Assembly: GCA_020831535.1 (NCBI GenBank) | Contig: JAFIGF010000186.1 | Location: 1,813-65,812, forward strand | From: Opitutales bacterium | GTDB taxonomy: Bacteria; Verrucomicrobiota; Verrucomicrobiia; Opitutales; T3Sed10-336 | DNA length: 64,000 nucleotides | Reading direction: 5' to 3' | Shown here: positions 60,601 to 64,000 of the stretch, in pieces | Position numbering within the stretch: the first letter of the stretch is position 1 | Layout of the letters: every line of letters begins with the position of its first letter | Made by a program: the position numbers and the translations under genes | The notes under the pieces: model-generated | What the model was told of the DNA's origin: nothing | What the model saw: only the letters and a program-made list of their open reading frames with translations | The model's database searches: none

Positions 60601-62828
60601 ATCGCAGCCCTGACGAGGAACGCATTTGGTCCGACTCGATCAGTGCCCTTTATTGCTCCCCAACTATGGAGCTCGGGGTCGATATTAGCGACTTAAGCGT
60701 CGTTCACATGCGCAACGCCCCTCCGAATGCAGCCAATTACGCCCAACGAAGCGGACGGGCGGGTCGGAGCGGGCAAGCCGCCTTGGTGATGACCTATTGC
60801 TCTTCCTACTCCCCGCACGACCGGAATTTCTTCAATAACAAGGAACATCTCGTCGCCGGAGTCGTGGAGGAACCCCGAATCGACCTACTCAACCGCGAAC
60901 TCATTGAGTCCCACGTACACTCCCTCGCCCTAACCGAGATTGGTTTGCCCGGCGTCCGTGAATCAGTCACTGAACTGTTGGACCCCGATCTCCCCGATTT
61001 GCCCCTTCGGCCAGCCATTCGGGAACGATTAACGCTAACGCCATCCACCGCTTTAGTCTTCCGCAAAAGCGTTCTTTCCGCCCTGGAAACCATTCTTCCC
61101 GAATTGGAAAATCAATCTTGGTTTACGGAATCCTGGGTGGACCGCGTCATTCAAAATCTGCCAGGAAATCTCGATCACTCCCTCGAACGTTGGCGGCATT
61201 CTTACCGGGAAGCGAAAAAAACCTTGGATAAAGCTTCATCTGAGATCGCCAACGGGGTTTACCCCCTAAACAGCGAAGAGTACAAAACTGCCAAGCGTCT
61301 TCAGGACCAAGCCACCCGGCAACGGGATCTTCTCAAGAATGACATACAAGGGAATAACGAACTCACTGAATTTTACGTTTTTCGTTATCTCGCTTCAGAA
61401 GGATTTCTTCCGGGTTACAACTTCACCCGCCTACCCGTACGCACATTCGTATCGGCCAAGGATGAAATGGGCGAATATATTTCCCGCCCCAGATTGATTG
61501 CCCTGCGCGAATTCGGCCCATTAAACATCATTTATCACAATGGAAACAAATACCGGATCGAACAGGTTATCTTACCGGAAGTGGAATCGCATCTCGATAA
61601 AATCCGGGTTTGTGCGAAATCCGGCTTCTGCCTTGATGAAACGTATGAAACAACCGATTCCTGCCCATTTACCGGCATTGACTTAAGTAAGACAGAAAAC
61701 TGCCAGAACTTTGTTGATCTTCTCCAAATCCCGGAATCCCGGGCCGAAAAGAAAGAATACATCACCTGCGAAGAGGAAGAGCGCCGCCGCCTGGGTTTCT
61801 CTATCGAGACCTTTTTTACCGTCAAACCGGAGGAAATGGCTCGTGTCCGACGCTCCCAAATCAAAACCGGGCAACAAGTCCTACTGAATCTTGCCTACAT
61901 TCCCGCCGCCCAACTCATTCAGGTAAACCGGCGGGATCGAACCCGCCGGGATGATGGGTTCCCTTTAGGCATGAAAACCGGGTTTTGGAAGACTCAAGTG
62001 TCCTCCGAAGCCAAAGAAGACATTCGCAAAGTCATGCTTTGGGCCGCCAATACGGCCGATGCTCTCTATATGGAGCCACTAACCGCGCTGGCATTAGGCA
62101 CCGATGGTGTCCTCACCTTGATGTATGCCCTCAAAAGAGGTATTGAAAGGGTTTATCAAATCGAACCCTCCGAGTTAGCCGTTTCCAAAATGGGAACCAA
62201 CAACGAACCGAATATCTTTCTTTACGAAGCCAGTGAGGGAAGTCTGGGGATTCTCAGCCAATTGGTCGATGATGTGGAAGCCTTTAAGCAGGTCATTCGG
62301 GAAGCTCAGACCGTTTGCCGTTTTGACGATCCGGACTATCAGGAAAAGGCATCCTATGACGATCTCCTCAGCTATTATAATCAGCCCTATCACCTGCAAA
62401 TTGATCGTTTTACCATTAAGGGTGCCCTGGAAAAAATCCTCACCTGCTCCATCGAGCGCCGGGATACGCAAAGCGACCAAAGCTACCGGGAGCACTATGA
62501 ACGCCTCTTACGACAGATGGATTCCAACTCCTCCACCGAAAAGGTGTTCCTCGATTACCTGTTCAAACGCAAGCTGAGACTCCCCGACTTCGCCCAAAAA
62601 GAAGTTAATAATCTCTATATCCAGCCCGATTTCCACTATGCGCCCGACACCTGGGTCTTCTGCGACGGGACTCCCCATGACCAGCCTGAAATCCAGGAAG
62701 ATGATCGCAATAAACGGGATGCCCTCCGTTCCAGAGGTGACGAAGTGATTGTCTATCACTACAAAGACTCTTTAGATGAATTGGTGACCCAATACCCGGA
62801 TATTTTTACCAAAGCCGTTGATGAATAA
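57645..62828 (+). CDS. Giant DExH helicase / DUF1998 / Vsr-DUF559-like nuclease fusion protein
   Basis: Helicase motifs are Walker A TSGTGSGKS (57948-57974), DELH (58314-58325), SAT, motif IV SFTDNRQDA (59526-59552) and motifs V-VI TMELGVDI...QRSGRAGRSG (60657-60773). The DUF1998-like core is FRYLASEGFLPGYNF...REFGPLNIIYHNGNKYRI...LYEASEGSLGIL, with a 4-Cys cluster at 61611-61703. The C-terminus is PDFHYAPDTWVFCDGTPHDQ...RDALRSRGDEVIVYHY (62535-62765). The ATG is at 57645; the track ORF starts at TTG 57636. Confidence 0.9.
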   Translation: MNILNIHNEITTGYKSYIESFIDISDEDIRKEVERHLQQGTLWPEPLIQFNPAYERALSIDALVEEGSLCPEMKSVFHNFELYTHQVEAIRLGVKPSSFVVTSGTGSGKSLTYIGSVFNDLFTQGSGNGIKAVLVYPMNALINSQVEELSKFKENYEKHLGKEFPIKFAAFTGQTKQKLRQTIKDSPPDILLTNYMMLELLLTRFEERQIRDSITENLKFLVFDELHTYRGRQGADVAMLIRRIKSRVGRPITCIGTSATMVSRGSSQDRNRIVAEFATKIFGEKFTPEQIVSEKLERSLNATGNTPDASTLARNLRSEPPIFASEDDLKQYSTAIWLENVIALQQNNDDGQLERAKPLPRSEIVKKLLSAANLGEEDRELVENHLNKLFLSINDLNQRLIQKGQRYTLLPFRLHQFFAQTGSVYATLDAPGNRHITLQPGLHWAESGEPDRFLFPHVFSRASGMTYICVYFDEDNQKFIPREFNDSMPDDDDLTAGYIIPGGSEIWNPETDLEALPSSWTRTDRTGKLIFDSKYKDRAPQRIHYNPEGFCVEEQHNGQAGWFMPSEPKGLLFDPTAGVFFEANTSERTKLTTLGSEGRSTSTTITSFLVLDSLNRNGFKPRDQKLLSFTDNRQDAALQAGHFNDFIRVTFIRSAIAKALKNHPQGLDYTKIGPAIFEALNLPLKSFAKNVSGDLPHFILNELKEAFSNYLTYQAIYDLRRGWRVILPNLEKCALLQIEYRHLDETVRWQEAWKEIPVLSDLEEQDRSRFLYNLLDYFRLEYAIHNDAFLKNSTLQESEKTFGDKLRDEWMFAKLADNLTPAILRRKRLGARSAGKSSSLALTSAIGKYIRQFFADKDPDFQINRDSYELIMDQLLDLLERAGFVVKQEKRDPDGQPTFVYQLRLDRIIWKPGDGQTVRRDEVKVRSYKPFQERPNFFFKRIYETDFGKIKTLRGEDHTGQLNNDLRIDREERFRADFFKEDKNGHRSPDEERIWSDSISALYCSPTMELGVDISDLSVVHMRNAPPNAANYAQRSGRAGRSGQAALVMTYCSSYSPHDRNFFNNKEHLVAGVVEEPRIDLLNRELIESHVHSLALTEIGLPGVRESVTELLDPDLPDLPLRPAIRERLTLTPSTALVFRKSVLSALETILPELENQSWFTESWVDRVIQNLPGNLDHSLERWRHSYREAKKTLDKASSEIANGVYPLNSEEYKTAKRLQDQATRQRDLLKNDIQGNNELTEFYVFRYLASEGFLPGYNFTRLPVRTFVSAKDEMGEYISRPRLIALREFGPLNIIYHNGNKYRIEQVILPEVESHLDKIRVCAKSGFCLDETYETTDSCPFTGIDLSKTENCQNFVDLLQIPESRAEKKEYITCEEEERRRLGFSIETFFTVKPEEMARVRRSQIKTGQQVLLNLAYIPAAQLIQVNRRDRTRRDDGFPLGMKTGFWKTQVSSEAKEDIRKVMLWAANTADALYMEPLTALALGTDGVLTLMYALKRGIERVYQIEPSELAVSKMGTNNEPNIFLYEASEGSLGILSQLVDDVEAFKQVIREAQTVCRFDDPDYQEKASYDDLLSYYNQPYHLQIDRFTIKGALEKILTCSIERRDTQSDQSYREHYERLLRQMDSNSSTEKVFLDYLFKRKLRLPDFAQKEVNNLYIQPDFHYAPDTWVFCDGTPHDQPEIQEDDRNKRDALRSRGDEVIVYHYKDSLDELVTQYPDIFTKAVDE

Positions 62829-64000
62829 CTCCACCGCAGATTACCAACCCGGCACCCTCGTCGCCCTTCGTGGGCGCGACTGGGTCGTTCAGGCCTCCCC
62901 CGATCCCGACCTTCTCCTTCTCCAACCTCTTGGAGGAAGCGAAGAGGAAACTACGGGCCTCTTTCTCCCCGCCACCACCGAAGACGACCTCCCGGTTCCG
63001 GCAGAATTCCCCACTCCCACCGTTGAAGATCTTGGAAATTTCGGCCATGCCCGCATTCTCTATAATGCCGCCCGCCTCTCCTTCCGCAACGGAGCCGGTC
63101 CCTTCCGCTCCCTCGCCAAGCTCTCCTTCCGCCCCCGCAGTTATCAAATGGTTCCCCTGGTCATGGCTCTCCGGCAGGACATTACCCGCCTTTTGGTGGC
63201 GGATGACGTCGGAATAGGCAAAACCATCGAAGCCCTCCTTATCATCGCCGAGCTATTGGAGAGAAAAACCATCGAACGCTTCGCCGTCGTCTGCCTCCCG
63301 CACCTCTGCGACCAGTGGCAACAGGAAATTCGGGATAAAATCGGTCTGGAAGCAGTTGTCATCCGGTCCAACACCCAAGCCCGCCTTGACCGGGACATTC
63401 ATGGCGATGTATCGGTGTACCAACACTACCCCTTTCAGATCATTTCCATCGATTACATCAAATCCGAAACACGACGGCAGATATTCATCTCCGAGTGCCC
63501 GGAACTTCTGATTGTCGATGAAGCCCACACCTGTGCCCGCCCCCAGGGAGCATCCAAAGGCCAACAACAACGCCATGCCCTGTTACGCGACATCATTGAC
63601 GCCCGCCCCGACAAACAACATCTGGTCATGCTCACTGCTACCCCCCACAGCGGTAAACCGGAGGAATTTACCTCCCTGCTGGGCCTGATTGATAACTCCT
63701 TCGAAACCATCGATATTGCCACCGCCGGACAAGCGGAACGCAAACGTCTCGCAGTTCATTTTGTCCAGCGTCGCAGGGCCGATGTGGCCAAATGGATGAA
63801 CCAGAAAACACCCTTCCCGGAAAGGGATTCCGGCGAGTTCGACTATAACCTTGGCTCCGAGTATGCCACCTTCTTCGAAAACATATTTTCCTTTGCCCGA
63901 GGCCTGGTCAGCGGCAAAGAACACGACCGCCGGAAGCGGGTTCACTACTGGACCGCCCTCGGTATGTTACGCGGGGTGATGTCCAGCCCAGCCGCCGGGA
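62821..64000 (+). CDS. RapA/SNF2-like (DrmD-like) helicase, N-terminal 393 aa (3' end outside window)
   Basis: This frame is not in the supplied ORF track because it has no in-window stop. ATG 62821 overlaps the upstream stop (ATGAATAA), and the frame stays open to 64000. It has a RapA-like N-terminus (GTLVALRGRDWVVQASP), motif I LLVADDVGIGKT (63211-63225), motif II LIVDEAHTC (63517-63528) and motif III LTATPHSG. Confidence 0.85.
   Translation, partial: MNNSTADYQPGTLVALRGRDWVVQASPDPDLLLLQPLGGSEEETTGLFLPATTEDDLPVPAEFPTPTVEDLGNFGHARILYNAARLSFRNGAGPFRSLAKLSFRPRSYQMVPLVMALRQDITRLLVADDVGIGKTIEALLIIAELLERKTIERFAVVCLPHLCDQWQQEIRDKIGLEAVVIRSNTQARLDRDIHGDVSVYQHYPFQIISIDYIKSETRRQIFISECPELLIVDEAHTCARPQGASKGQQQRHALLRDIIDARPDKQHLVMLTATPHSGKPEEFTSLLGLIDNSFETIDIATAGQAERKRLAVHFVQRRRADVAKWMNQKTPFPERDSGEFDYNLGSEYATFFENIFSFARGLVSGKEHDRRKRVHYWTALGMLRGVMSSPAAG

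Overview
This 64-kb chromosomal window is mostly housekeeping DNA. Gene content and protein signatures suggest a PVC-group, Verrucomicrobiota-like bacterium, but that is inference only.

Housekeeping content, in order:
- A DUF58/BatA-VWA membrane cluster (2-7853).
- A lone dynamin-family GTPase, then ade, an FKBP isomerase and an FtsX-type ABC pair.
- aroE, cysS-ispF, rpoN, and yidD with a RibBX-type ribB fusion.
- tyrA-aroA and thiL-tsaE.
- A T2SS-like gspD-E-F cluster with unusual accessory genes (33.5-42.0 kb).
- A complete F1Fo operon atpBEFHAGDC (43.0-49.6 kb), then maf and dinB.
- Three tRNAs: Ala-CGC, Phe-GAA and Pro-TGG.

Non-housekeeping content:
- A solitary IS200/RayT-like HUH transposase gene (24945-25949).
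- A 183-bp MITE-like element with perfect 18-bp terminal inverted repeats and a perfect 9-bp flanking direct repeat (49789-49989).
- A perfect 55-bp duplication of the 3' half of tRNA-Phe plus its flank (53664-53839).
- Most notably, a tightly packed co-directional block immediately 3' of tRNA-Pro (55.83 kb to the window end).

The block after tRNA-Pro contains tandem repeats in its leader, an AlpA-like HTH ORF, a 71-aa ORF and a WYL-domain regulator. It then encodes a 1727-aa DExH helicase / DUF1998 / Vsr-DUF559-like nuclease fusion. The stop of that gene overlaps the start of a RapA/SNF2-like helicase that runs off the window and is absent from the supplied ORF track. The parts list resembles DISARM or Druantia, but the fusion, the gene order and the nuclease type are non-canonical. 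This is the best candidate for an undescribed defence system.

No rRNA genes or CRISPR arrays were seen. All functional calls rest on motifs read by eye; no database searches were run.
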